NCBI GenBank assembly: GCA_963727445.1
Contig: CAVSGI010000002.1
Location: forward strand, 32,001-96,000
DNA length: 64,000 nucleotides
Direction: 5' to 3'
Source: an uncultured delta proteobacterium
GTDB taxonomy: Bacteria > Myxococcota_A > Polyangia > Polyangiales > B10-G4
Made by a program: the position numbers and the translations under genes. Positions 1 through 14,558 of the stretch are shown piece after piece. Below the pieces are notes generated by a model. It searched no databases. It had not been told where the DNA came from and saw only the letters and a list, made by a program, of their open reading frames with translations. How positions within the stretch are numbered: position 1 is the stretch's first letter; each line of letters starts with the position of its first letter.

Positions 1-321
1 GAGGCGAAGGTCGCGGCCCTCGGCCTGTCGGCCTGGCTCGACCCCATCGTTCTCACGGGCCGATTCGCGGAGGGCCAGGGCAAGCCCCACCCGAGAGCTT
101 TTCGCGCGGTCGAGAACGCCACCTCCTGCGATGGTGCGCAGCTCCTCTACGTCGCCGACAACCCGACCAAGGACTTCCGGGCCCCGCGGAACCTCGGGTG
201 GCGTACCGTCCGGGTGCGACGCGACCGGGGCCTGTACCGCGCGCTTCCGCACGAGCCGAACGAGGTCGATGCCGTCGTCGAGGACCTCGACGCGCTGGTT
301 GCCCTCCTCGTACGGCGATAG
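1..321 (+). CDS. HAD-superfamily hydrolase, 5'-truncated by window edge
   Basis: Frame 1 is open from base 1 to TAG at 319-321. Translation has the HAD motifs GKPHP and YVADNPTKDF...GWRTVRV. Not in the ORF track. Confidence 0.8.
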   Translation, partial: EAKVAALGLSAWLDPIVLTGRFAEGQGKPHPRAFRAVENATSCDGAQLLYVADNPTKDFRAPRNLGWRTVRVRRDRGLYRALPHEPNEVDAVVEDLDALVALLVRR

Positions 322-411
322 CCCGAGGCCGAGCCGGGCGGGTCTTCGAGCCTGCCCGCGATCTTGTGCTCCTCTTCGCGGGCCGATTCTGGCAATGTCC
401 CGACTGCCAAG

Positions 412-903
412 ATGCACCTCTACCTCATCCGCCATGCCATCGCCGTTCCGCGCGCAGACGAGTCTCTCGACCACGCGCGGCCGCTCACCGCGAAGGGCCG
501 CGACCGCTTCTCGCGATCGGTCCAAACGCTCGAGACGCTCGGCGTGAAGCTGGATCGCGTCTATCACAGCCCCTGGGTGCGGGCGCGGCAGACGGCGGAG
601 CTCCTCGGACCCATCGCCTCGGGGGAGCTCGTCGAGACCGAAGGGCTCGCACGCTCGCCGGACGAGACGCTCCTCGAAGAGATCCGCGGCGAGCACGTCG
701 CGCTCGTCGGTCACGAGCCGTGGATGGGCGAGCTCCTGGCGCTTCTGCTCGTCGGCGAACGCGACAAGGGGCTCCTCTTCCACTTCAAGAAGGGCAGCAT
801 CGGCCACCTCGAAGGGATCGCGAGCCCCGGCGGCTGCGAGCTTCACACTCTGTGGGATCCCAAGGTTTTGCGGATGGCATCGGCCATGAACGCCGCCACC
901 TGA
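412..903 (+). CDS. sixA: Phosphohistidine phosphatase SixA family
   Basis: MHLYLIRHAIA...RPLT..G...SPWVRARQTAE...LVGHEP...FKKG motifs; ATG at 412. Confidence 0.88.
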   Translation: MHLYLIRHAIAVPRADESLDHARPLTAKGRDRFSRSVQTLETLGVKLDRVYHSPWVRARQTAELLGPIASGELVETEGLARSPDETLLEEIRGEHVALVGHEPWMGELLALLLVGERDKGLLFHFKKGSIGHLEGIASPGGCELHTLWDPKVLRMASAMNAAT

Positions 904-929
904 CACCACGCTGTCAGCAGCCGAACGCA

Positions 930-946
930 CTGAACCTTCGTCCAGG
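930..946 (+). promoter_or_regulatory. Putative LexA (SOS) box, Myxococcus type
   Basis: CTGAACCTTCGTCCAGG matches 15 of 17 positions of the M. xanthus consensus CTRHAMRYBYGTTCAGS and lies 30 bp upstream of uvrA. Confidence 0.55.
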
Positions 947-976
947 CCGCCTTCTCGTGGTAGGGGATCGGTCCCC

Positions 977-3949
<2,973 letters not shown>

Positions 3950-3978
<29 letters not shown>

Positions 3979-5590
3979 GGTGCGGCTCACCGCCGGGCGC
4001 CGGCGGGTAGTCGGCTGGTGGCGGAAAGAGACTCACGCGGCCGCGCCGTCCGTCCGCGCGCAGCGCCGCCCGGAGGTAGCGCTCGAACTTCGGCTGGGTG
4101 AGGCGCCGATCGTTGCTGGTGCAGAGCACGCGACCCCCACGGCCGGTCACCGCGAGCGCCCGGGTCGCCAGATCCACCCAGGACTTGCCGCTCGTCCAGC
4201 GGCTGCCGCGCGTCTTCGAATAGGTGGGTGGGTCGACGATCACCAGGTCGAATCGCTCGTCCCCGCGGGCCATGTCGTCGAGCACGTCGAAGACATCGGC
4301 CTTGAGGAAGAGATGCTCTCCACCTCCGCCGGCGTTGTCGACGTTCGCACGACCCATCTCGAGCGCGGGCCCGGACACGTCGACGCTCACGGTCTTCTCC
4401 GCGCCCGCGGCCGAAGCCGCCACCGTGAAGGGGCACGAGTAGGCGAAGAGATTCAGCACGCTCTTTCCCGGCGCCCAGCCGCGCACCCGCCCGCGGTTGT
4501 CGCGCTGGTCGAGGAATATGCCGGTGCTGAGGCCGTCGCCGAGCCGCGCCAGGTAGGGGACGCCTTCCTCGAGGATGACCATCTCGAAGGGCGCGTCTTC
4601 GCCGCGCACCGCGTTCGCAGGAGCGATTTCGTCGCGGCGGGTGTCGACGAGCTCGTTCGCCTGCACCGTCCGGCGCTTGAGGTAGACGCCGGCGGCGCCG
4701 AGGCCGGCGAGGGCATCGAGGACTCGCTCCTCTGGAACGGGGAGCAGATCTGGATAGACGTGCGCGACGAGGTGGTCGCCGTAGACGTCCACCGCCAGAC
4801 CGCTGATCCCGTCACCGACTCCGTCGACGATGCGAAAGGCGTTGGTCTGCGCGCGCCCGTCGACGCTCGCCGCCAACCCCCATCGGAGCGCCGCCGCCGC
4901 GCGTAGCCGCGCGACGAGCGCCTCGGTCGTATGCGGCCAGGGATTGGCCCCCTCCGCGAGAAAGCCGAGAAGCTCCTCTGGCATGTCGGAGCGAACCTCC
5001 GACGCGCCATCGAGCCGCACCGCCGCCGAGTGAAGCATGAGACGCCGCGCGGCGGGCCCATTGCGCTGGCGATCCCCAGCGATGGGCGCGCCCACGGCGG
5101 CGAGCTGCGCGCGGAGCTGCGCCGGACGCCCGGCCTCGATCACCAACTCCACCAGCGACACGCCCGGGCCTCGCTCCCGCACCCGGAGGGAGGTGACCGC
5201 TGTCGCTGCGTCGCCCTTCGCGGGCTCGGCGGCGAGGCCGCGGCGCGTCTTGCGAATCCGATGCTCGAGCAATCCATCGCGGATCCGGTCGCCTCGGACC
5301 ACCGCGAGCCAGGCGGTGGTCGAGGGCCCCTTCTCCGCCGCCCGCGCGAGGCGTCGCCGAGCCTCCTTGGTCTCGCCGAAGAGCACCAGGCCCGACGCCG
5401 ACACGTCGAGGGGCGATGGACAAGAGGGCTCGGAGCTGCGCGCGCGGCCCAGACGCGTCGCCAGGTCCCCCGTGGTGGTCCCGCGGGCGCCCAGACAGGG
5501 GATGCCGGCCGGCTTGTCGACGACGACCACCCCGTCCTCGACGCCCGCGACCCACCCCTCGGGCACCGCTGGAAAGAGTGCGCCCTGCAT
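3950..5590 (-). CDS. Fusion of RluA-like pseudouridine synthase domain and RlmI/RlmK-type SAM-dependent rRNA methyltransferase
   Basis: N-term [40 protein letters not shown]-term [31 protein letters not shown] at 5590 overlaps the upstream stop (TGATG). Confidence 0.8.
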
Positions 5591-7447
5591 CAGCACGACG
5601 ACGGGTTACGGCAGGTGTGGTCGCGCGCACAGCACACGTCCATCATCTTGCACGCGTCCTTGTTCGGGTCGGTCGCCATCTCGTCGTCGTAGCAGCGACA
5701 GAGGCCTCCGTCGCACTGCTCGCCCGTGCCGCACTGAGACCCACACCGACTGCAGTTGTTGGGATCGGTCGACAGAATCCACGCAGCGGCCACCGCAACA
5801 GCTCAGCGACCCTCCGCAGGGCAGGCCCGTACCGCAAACGCAGTTCCCGTCCACGCAGGCGTCGGCGCGCTCGCGCTCGCACGCGTTGCCGCACGCCCCG
5901 CAGTTGTCGAAGTCCGCCGAGAAGTCGCGACACCCGCTCGCGCTCCCCCCGCCGTTGCAGCAGACCAGGCCCCCATCACAGGGCAATTCGTCGCGACCGT
6001 TGGTGCTGCATTTGCAGACGCCGTCGACGCATTGGTCCGTGCGGAGGGAGGGGCAAGCCATCCCACAGCCGCCGCAGTGGCGCATGTCGGTGGAGAAGTC
6101 GACCACCTCCGTGCCGCCGGCGAGCGTTCGGATGCAGGCGCTGCCATCCAAGGCGGCATCCTCGTCGACCACGCCGTCGCAGTCCTCGTCGGTGCCGTCG
6201 CAGGTCTCCATCACACCGGGATTTCGCGCGGGATCGCCTTCGCAGACGATGTAGCCGCCGATCTCCACCCAACCGTCACGGTCCGGGTCCGGGCACCCCT
6301 CGTCGACGCTGCCATCGCAGTCTTCGTCGACGCTGCCGTCGCAGTACTCGGGAGCGTCGGGGTAGATGTCGGCGCGCGTGTCGTCGCAGTCTCGCCCGCC
6401 ACTCGCCAGGGCCCGCACGCCGTCGTGATCCGCGTCTCCGTCCTGGCACATCAGGTCCATCATGTTGCAGTCCTGATCGACGCCATCCATGCACCGCTCC
6501 GGCGCGCCCGGATAGGACGCCGGATCGCAGTCGTTGCAGTCGCCATCAGCCGGAAGGAAGCCGTCGGCATCCAGGTCGTCCGGCGAGCAGCCTTCATTGA
6601 TCGCCCCGTCACAGTTGTCGTCGGCGGGAGTGTCGCAATCCTCCATGGCGTCGGGATTGATGTCGGGGTTCGTGTCGTCGCAATCCGGAACGCCACCGGT
6701 CTCCACGCTCGCGACGAACCCGTCGTCGTCTCGATCGCAGAGCGCGCCCTCGCGACCGTCGCAGTTGAAGTCCGCGGTGGAGGGGCACCCCTCGTCGATG
6801 CCGGGGTTGAAGCTCGGATCGTTGTCGTTGCAGTCACAGGTGCCGTCGACGGTTCCGGGCGGACACGCGCGGTAGCCGTCCATGTCGACGTCGGGGCACT
6901 CTTCGGTCATCCCATCGCAGTTGAAGTCTGCGCCGCAGGTCTCGTTGGCCCCGGGGTTGATCGACGAGTCGGTGTCGTTGCAATCGGCGAAGGCCGCCGG
7001 GCACGCGAGCGAGGGACAACCTTCGCCACAGCCCGCGGCGAGATCCGACGGCCATCCGTCCCCATCGTTGTCGGCGACCGAGATCGGCACCAGCGAGAAG
7101 GTGTCCCGAACCACGGCGTCGACCTGGTAGCAGCGAAAGGCGCTATGGGTCGCGCGGCCGCCGACCTCGCGCGACACCAGGCGCACCGCCACCGGCATCG
7201 GTCCCGGCAGGGTGATCGCCACCTGCAGCGGCTCCTCCGCGATCATGTCCGCGTCCCGCGCGATCATCCGCCGCTCGATCTCCGAGCCACCCGCCCGGTC
7301 TAGGGAGCGCACCTGGACCTCGAGCTCGTCCACGTATGCGTCGACCGTCACCTTCAACAGGAGGGAGTACTCCTCGCGCTCGCAGCCCTGCGTCATCGGG
7401 CCAGCCAAGAAGAGGAAGAAGAAGACCGCGGGGCCGAGACGCCGCAT
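5590..7447 (-). CDS. Secreted Cys/Asp-rich repeat lipoprotein (DCxD...NP.A.E.C putative metal-binding repeats plus C-terminal Stig1-like repeats); probable frameshift near 5775
   Basis: Signal peptide ending TQGC, about 6 DC[ND]D repeats. The TDPNNCSRCG repeat continues in the 5590..5793 frame. Confidence 0.75.
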
Positions 7448-7476
7448 GGCGTGATCCTAGCAGGCCGAGCCGCGAG

Positions 7477-9882
7477 TCAGTAACCGCGCTCGCGAAGCTC
7501 TTCAGGGACGAGCTCCGACGGCTCGCCGGTGGTCGTCACCCAGAGCTGGTGGGCGGCTCGGGTCGCGGCGATGTGGAGCAGATGACGGGCCTCGTCCTGG
7601 TCCGGATAGGACGCAGTGCTCACTTCGAGGAGAACCACGTAGTCGAACTCGAGCCCCTTGACCTGACGCACGTCGGTGACGTCGACCCCCGGCTTGAAGG
7701 GGAAGTCCTAATCCGCAATCCGCCGGAGGTTCGGGACCTCGGCGTTCTCGAGGCCGCGGAAGTAGATGTCCGCCTGCTCGGGGTAGCGCGCGATCACCGC
7801 TACCGAGGCCTGGGGCTCGGAGGCGACGAGGTCGCGGAGCGCCTCACCGAGGAAGCCCACCGCATCGCCGGAGTGGGCGAATCGGAAGAGCTCCACCGGC
7901 ACGCCGCGGCGGGTGGCGCGGCCGGGCTCCTCGTTCTGCAGTGGCCCCAGGACCGCGTTGGCGAACTCGATGATCTCGTGGGTGGAGCGATAGCTCAGCT
8001 TGAGCGGCTCCACCTTCACGTGGTCGAGGCCGAGATCGGCGAGCACGCCCCGCCAGTCGCTGAAGCCGTTGTAGAGGTGAAGCCGCTGCGCGAGGTCGCC
8101 GGCGAGGGTGACGCTCTGCTGCTCGGAGACGGTGTCGAGAACCACGCTCATCTCCACCGGGCTCAGATCCTGTGCCTCGTCGATGAAGACGTGCTCGTAA
8201 CGCAGCACGTCTCGCTTTCTACCGAGCCCGCCGCGCATCTGCTGAACCAAGCGGAGCAGGAGGGTGTCGTCCTCGCGATCGAGGGCCACCGGCTCGGTCT
8301 CCATGGCGCCGTCGATCCCCCGGTTCCGATCGTCGTCGTCGTCGTCGCGCTCTTCTCCCTTGGACCCGGCCCGCTCTCGATGGAGCATCTCCTCCTGGAA
8401 GACCACCACGCGGGGGCACTTGCGGCGGCACCATGCGAGGGCGTCGCGGAGCTCGTCCTCCTCGAAGGTTCCTGGTGCGTGACGGGCGAAGCCCCCGCGG
8501 ATGAGCTCTTCGTCGGTGAGGATCTCCGCCCACGCGCCGACCACGTCGCGGCTCGTCTTGCGAAGCGCCGACGCGGCGCGTTCGAGCGAGTGACGCGTGC
8601 TCAGCGGGATCTTCCGCCCCTCCCCCTTTTCGTTGCGCAGGAACCGCTTCAACAGATCGAGGCGGTGGGCGGGCGAGTAAGAGCGGGTGCGGCGCCACTC
8701 GGCGAGCGCGGGCGCGACCCCCTCGAGGCCGGCTGCCTCCCGCTCCATGCGCACGTCGACGTCCGCCGCGAGCTTCTTCACCCAGTCGTCGAGGATGCGG
8801 AGCATGGCGGGGCTCTTCTTGAGCCGCACCACCACCGGCGGAGTGTCCTCGTCATATGCCCGCGGAAGGCCGGCGAGATGCTTGGTGCGGAGGCGATGCG
8901 CCCAGCGCTCGTAGGTGGTGACCAGCACCCCTGGCACGCCCAGCGCCGGAAGGACGCGCGAGATGTAGCGCGCGAGCGCGTCGTTGAAGACGATCACGAG
9001 CATCCGGTCGGCGCGGAAGCGCCGATGATCCTGGAAAGCGAGGTACGCGAGGCGGTGCAGGCCTATGGTCGTCTTACCGCTGCCCGCTCCACCCTGGATC
9101 ACCACCAGCCCGGACTCGGGCGCGGTGATCAGCTCGAACTGACGCGGGTCGATGAGCGCGGCGATCTCCGACAGATGCTTGTCGTCGCCACCGGTGAGGT
9201 GCTCGACGCCGAGCTTGCCGGGCTTGTGGTGGGCCTCGGCGCGCATCGCCACGCCCTGCCCGCCCGAGAGCCGGGCGGCGCTCTCGCCCGCGCGACGCCA
9301 GACACCTTTGGCGTCGCGCACGAAGGTTCCCTGCGGCGCTCCGATCCGGCGCAGCTCGCCGCTGATGATGGCGAGGCTGCGCCGCGTGAGCACATCGCCC
9401 TCGACTTCGCGGCCGCCGAAGAACTCCTCGTAGTCGTCGCCCTCTTCGTAGCGGTAGTAGATCCGGCTCACCGGCGCGTCGCGCCAGTCGACGATGCGGA
9501 TGCCGGTCTTGTTGTCGATGAACGTCGAGCGCCCGATCAGCACCTCGCGCTTGCGCTCGCCCTCCTCGAGGACGAGTCGGCCGAAGTACGGCGAGGCGGC
9601 GTCGACCAGACCCTCCTGCACCTCGGCGCGCCGCGCCGCCACCTGCTGCAAACGCTCCATCTCCTCGATGAGGGGCGGGACGTCTTCGAGGCGCGCCTCG
9701 TTGATCTGATCACGAAGCGCGATGAGCTCCGCGTCGTAGTCGATCTGCCGGCTGCGAGGACGCGGCTTGCGCTCGGTCACGGTGCGCAGAACGCGCCTGA
9801 GGACCTTCTCCTCCTCGGAGGTGATCCGGTCGAGCTCCGTGTCGGCGTCGCTCACGCCCTCGTGGTTGGTGGTGGTGGTCAC
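7477..9882 (-). CDS. HelD-like UvrD-family ATPase with one in-frame TAG at 7708-7710
   Basis: SPYFGRL, IVDWRDAPVS, QGGAGSGKTTIGLHRLAYL, DEAQD, GDLAQ, SYRST. After the TAG the same frame continues DFPFKPGVDVTDVRQVKGLEFD...ATRA. Confidence 0.8.
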
Positions 9883-10080
9883 GACTGATCGTCCACACGC
9901 TTCACGGAGCGCCCTCTTCGAGTGCCACCACCCTCAGCCCGAGCTCCCGATCGAAGGGGATCTCGGCGCCGATGAAGTGCCGAGCCCTGTCCAGATGGGC
10001 GGCGTTTTCGGGGGGGGCGAGCATTTTCGAATCGTCCGGCGTAGCACGGAACCTGGCCCCCGGCAGCTCTCGGGGCCGAG

Positions 10081-10956
10081 GTGTTGTATCCTGTGGAGGT
10101 GCGCCGCCATCGGCCCCTCCTTTGCCTCGCCTTTCTCTTCGTGATCCCGCTCGGTTGCGGTGACGACGAAGGCCCTCCCGCGCTCGTCGATACGGGGGTG
10201 GTGGACAGCGGCGGCACGACCGGGGACGCCGCCCCCGACGCCACCGCTGACGCGGCCACCGACGCGACCCCTTCGGACGGCGCGCCTCCTGGCGATTCGG
10301 CCGTCGCGGACAGTGGAGCGATGGACACCGGGCCCATGGACACCGGCCCCGTCTCCATGCCCTGTACCGCCATGGGGCCCTGCGATCCCTTCGATCCGAC
10401 CAGCTGCCCCGACGGCCAGAGCTGTCAGCCTGGCGTCGGCATGACCGAGTGCGTCGACATCGACGCCACGCCCCTCGGCCTCGGTGAGACGTGCACGAGC
10501 AATGCACAGTGCGCCCCCGGGCTCCTCTGCCTGAACTTCGGCGACGGCCTGGTCTGCGAGCGCCTCTGTCCCGACGGCTCCATCGGCTTCTGCGGCGATG
10601 GCCAAGCCTGCATCGGGGCCATCGGTGGCGACATGTGCATCCGCGTCTGCCGCCCCATCCCCGAGCCCTGCAACATCTTTACCCAGGATTGCTCCGATCC
10701 CATGGACGTCTGCACCCTCTCGCGCAATCCGGAGACGGGCGAGCCCTACACCGGCTGCCGCCCCGAGGGTCCACAGGGTCTGGGCAACCCCTGTGGTGGC
10801 GATGATGGATTCTGCATGCGGGGGCTGATCTGCATCAGCGAGATGGGCATCGCCACCTGCCGTCAGGTCTGCGGCCCCGACGGGTCGGCGCCCACTTGCG
10901 ACATCGGTGATTGCACCGGCTTTGCCCGCACTTGGATGGTCCCCTACTGCCGCTGA
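10081..10956 (+). CDS. Cys-rich lipoprotein with DxG/DAT linker (start may be GTG at 10099)
   Basis: Lipobox PLGC, low-complexity D/A/T/G linker, then CDPF..C and LGETC..C..GL.C repeats. Confidence 0.75.
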   Translation: MLYPVEVRRHRPLLCLAFLFVIPLGCGDDEGPPALVDTGVVDSGGTTGDAAPDATADAATDATPSDGAPPGDSAVADSGAMDTGPMDTGPVSMPCTAMGPCDPFDPTSCPDGQSCQPGVGMTECVDIDATPLGLGETCTSNAQCAPGLLCLNFGDGLVCERLCPDGSIGFCGDGQACIGAIGGDMCIRVCRPIPEPCNIFTQDCSDPMDVCTLSRNPETGEPYTGCRPEGPQGLGNPCGGDDGFCMRGLICISEMGIATCRQVCGPDGSAPTCDIGDCTGFARTWMVPYCR

Positions 10957-11013
10957 TCGAGGGCCCGCGAGGAGCGTTGCCTCCCCTCGCCAATCCGCTA
11001 TGGTCCGCGCGCC

Positions 11014-12699
11014 GTGGCGCCCCGCCTCCCCGCTGCCTTCCTCTCCCTGCTCGTCTTCGCCCTGTTTGCGAGCGAGGTGCACGCGCAAGAGGACGACGCG
11101 GGAACCGGTTCGGGCGACGACACCACGGGCGACCAAGAAGCGCCGTGGTGGGGCGGGGGCGACGCCGGCGACTCCGCGTCTGACGCCGACTCCGACACAG
11201 ACTCCGCGTCTGACGCCGACTCCGACACAGACTCCGCGTCCGATTCCGCTTCCGACTCCGCTTCCGACTCCGAGGGCGCCGACACCGATGCCGACGTCGA
11301 CGCCGATGCCGCCTCCGACGCCGACCCGGACTCCGGCCCCGAGGAGTTCTCTCTTCCGGGCTCCGAGGAGGAGCAGGAGGAGGACGACGAGGAGGATGAC
11401 TTCTGGTCGGGCTTCGCCTTCGGTTCCTACGGGCGCGTGGTGGCTGCGAGCGACCTGCGCGGGGGAACCGGGCGCGATTCGGACATGGTCGCCTTCGGGC
11501 CACGCATCGACGAGTCCACCTACCTCGAGGTGGAGCTCCGCCGCGAGGACAAGTGGCGCTACATGCAGTCCAAGATCGTCGTCGACTTCGCCATCAACGG
11601 CGACCTGTTCCACTTCGACGGCAACTTCGACGAGAACCTCGCCATCCGGAACCTCTACCTCGAGCTGATCGACGTGGGGACCGAAGGGCTGCGAGTCTGG
11701 GCCGGCTCGCGGATGTGGCGCGGCGACGACATGTACCTGCTCAACACCTGGCCCCTCGACAACATCAACGCCCTCGGCGGGGGGCTCGATTACCACAACG
11801 ACAACTTCGAGCTCCGCACCGTCGCCGCCCTCGCGCGGCCGAACAATCCCTTCCAGACCCAGGTCATCGACGTCGCGCCCGAGGGCGGGCGCTTCACGCC
11901 GGACGAGGTCTTCATCCTCGACCGCCCGCGCCTGGTGCTCGCGGCGAAGGGAACCTACTTCCCCTTCGGGACCACCAACCCATTCGGCGCAAAGGCCGTG
12001 CTCTACGGCGAGTACCACTCGATGGCGAGCGGGTCGCGTCAGCTGACCGACGGCACCATCGAACAGCTCCCGGCGGACGACGGACTTCGCGCTCGGCGGG
12101 CAGCTCGGCGGCTGGCTCGTGGAAGGCACGCTTTCTTGAATCTCTTCTTCCGCTACGCGCGCGGGCTGGCGCATACGACCCTCTCGGCATGCCCTTCTCC
12201 ACCACCACGGTGATCACGACCGAGCGCGCCGAGGAGGCCATGCTCGCGCTCTCGGTGAACTACGAGTACGACTTGTTCGGCGTGCAGGGCGCGGCGTACT
12301 ACCGCCGCTTCCGCGATGCCGACCCCAGCCTCTTCGAGCGCAACCTGCTCGACCGAAGGCGCGATCGACATCGCGCCCGATGGTCTGGTTCACCGACTGG
12401 CTCGGGCGTCGCGGTCGACGGGAGCTAGCAGGGCATTCAGCAGCACGGCGCTGGACGAGACGACTGGCACCCCGGTGGGCGGCACCATCTTGAAGCTGGG
12501 CATCATCCCCTTCATCTCGCCCTTCGGGCCGCGGCACCTACACCCGCCCCCATATCCGCATCATCTATGCCGCCGACCTTTCGCGACGACGGCGCACGGC
12601 GCTATGTACAACTCAGCCGACCCGCGCGCGCGCACAGGTCGAACATTTCCTCGGAGTCGGAGCCGAATGGTGGATCGCAGTAGCAGCTACGGGAGCTAG
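11014..12699 (+). CDS. LamB/maltoporin-like carbohydrate porin with Ser-Asp-rich N-terminal extension (several frameshifts after ~12090)
   Basis: Signal peptide; FGSYGR, RIDESTYLE, VWAGSRMWRGDDMYLLNTWPLDN; C-terminal TRPHIR-like segment; lies directly upstream of an amylase. Confidence 0.7.
11170..11290 (+). repeat. Tandem 30-bp and 12-bp repeats encoding a DSASDADSDT/SDSA linker
   Basis: gactccgcgtctgacgccgactccgacaca twice (11170-11229), then ga(t/c)tccgcttcc units. Confidence 0.85.
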
Positions 12700-14556
12700 A
12701 TCTCGCGACCGCGAGTCTGCGCTGACCCTCGCGCTCGCGCGGCTGCGTCAGCGGCGAGCTGCGACGAGCGGCGAGACGTCGAGATCCGGATCGACCCACG
12801 TCGACGACTGGCGCGACGAAGTCATCTATCAGCTCATCGTCGACCGCTTCGCCAACGGCGAGCCGCGCAACGACTAGCGCGTCGATTACACCGGCTCGCT
12901 CGCCCGCTACCAGGGCGGCGACTGGCAGGGTGTCATCGACCACCTCGACTACCTCGAGGAGCTCGGGCGTCACCACGCTCTGGATCAGCCCCATCGTCCT
13001 CAACGTCGACACCGACGCGGGCATCGACGGCTACCACGGCTACTGGGCAGATCGACTTCGAGCGGCTCAACCCGCACTTCGGCGACCTGGCCACGCTGCG
13101 CGCGCATGATCAACGCAGGCCCACGCGCGCGGCATGAAGGTGGTGCTCGACATCGTCACCAACCACATGGGCCAGGTCTTCTACTACGACATCAACAGAA
13201 CGGGCAGCCGGACGAAGGCGTCGTCGGGCGGCTACCGGCGATGCGACCGGCAACCCGTCCTCCGATCGGCGATGCGAGAGCCCCGCTACTCCAGCGTCAC
13301 CGAGTTCGACCCGGACTACGACCCGCGCGGCATCCAGGCCGTATCACCTCGCTCGGCGAGGCGGGCCGGCGCCGATCCGCTTCTTCGACATGCCGGCGAT
13401 CTTCCGGACGCCGCCACGGCCCGCCGATCTTCGCAGGACCGAGCAGGCCTACAGCCGGCGCGGGCGGGTCGTCGAACTAGACGACCCGCGAGCAGGTCCT
13501 CTGCGGCGACTTCCCGGGCGGCCTCAAGGACATCAACACCGAGCGACCTGCGGGTGCGCGAGGAGTTGGTGCGGCGTCTACGCCGACTGGGTGATGAAGC
13601 TCGACCTCGACGGCTTGCGCATCGACACCCTCAAGCACGTCGACTACGGGTTCTGGGAGTTCTTCGCGCCGCGAGGTCCGGCGAGCGACTTGGCCGACGC
13701 GGGCAAGGACGAACTTCTTCATGTTCGGCGAGGCCTTCGACGGGCGACGACGATCCTCGTCGGCAGCTACACGCAGGCCCGGCCGGCTCGACTCGGTCTT
13801 CTACTTCTCGCAGAAGTTCCAGGTCTTCGACGACGTCTTCACGAACGGCGGCCCGACCACCAAGCATCCAGAGCTCTCTCGACGAGCGCGCCGCCAACTA
13901 CGGGCACCATGCCGCAGCACCGGCGGCGTCGAGCGTTCCGCTCCGACGGCAGGTGCTGGTGAACTTCATCGACAACCACGACGTCTCGCGCTTTCTCTTC
14001 GAGCGCATGGAGCGAGGGCCCGCGCCTGCGCGCCGCGCTCGGCCTATCTCCTCACCGAGGATGGCATCCCCTGCATCTACTACGGCACCGAGCAGGAGTA
14101 CGACGGCGGCAACGACCCCAGCAACCGCGAGCCGCTTTGGCGGAGCAACTACGACACCAGGGCGAGACCTTCCAGCAGATCGCGCGCCTCACCCGCATCC
14201 GCAGGCAGTACGACGCCGCTGCGCCGCGGCGAGCTTCGACATCCGCTGGGCTGACCGACCGCGTCGGGCGACGAACAGGACGACGCCGGGATCATCGCGT
14301 TCGAGCGGACGCACCCCGGACGGCGCGCTACGCGCTGGTGGTGATCAACACCCAGAGCCGCCACGCCTCGGAGACCAGCGCGACCACCATGATGGGCGAG
14401 TCGATGACCGTCGGCGCCTCACCCAACGCCACTTTGGTCGACGTCATCAACGGCGAGCGGGTCACGGTCAGCGGTGCCGCGCAGATGAGCGTGCCGGTCG
14501 ACCCGCTTCAGGTGCGGATCTTCGTCCCCGAAGCCGACTACGTCGAAGGGCTCTGA
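12700..14556 (+). CDS. GH13 alpha-amylase family glycoside hydrolase, heavily frameshifted in this assembly
   Basis: Fragments across frames: [86 protein letters not shown]. Start not resolvable. Confidence 0.85.
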
Positions 14557-14558
14557 CG

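Noticed and set aside
12426..13480. Amber recoding or pyrrolysine suggested by in-frame TAGs at 12426, 12875 and 13478 (and 7708)
   Set aside because: Normal genes here end in TAG (321, 15476, 49968, 59661), the region is full of indels, and no pyl genes are seen.
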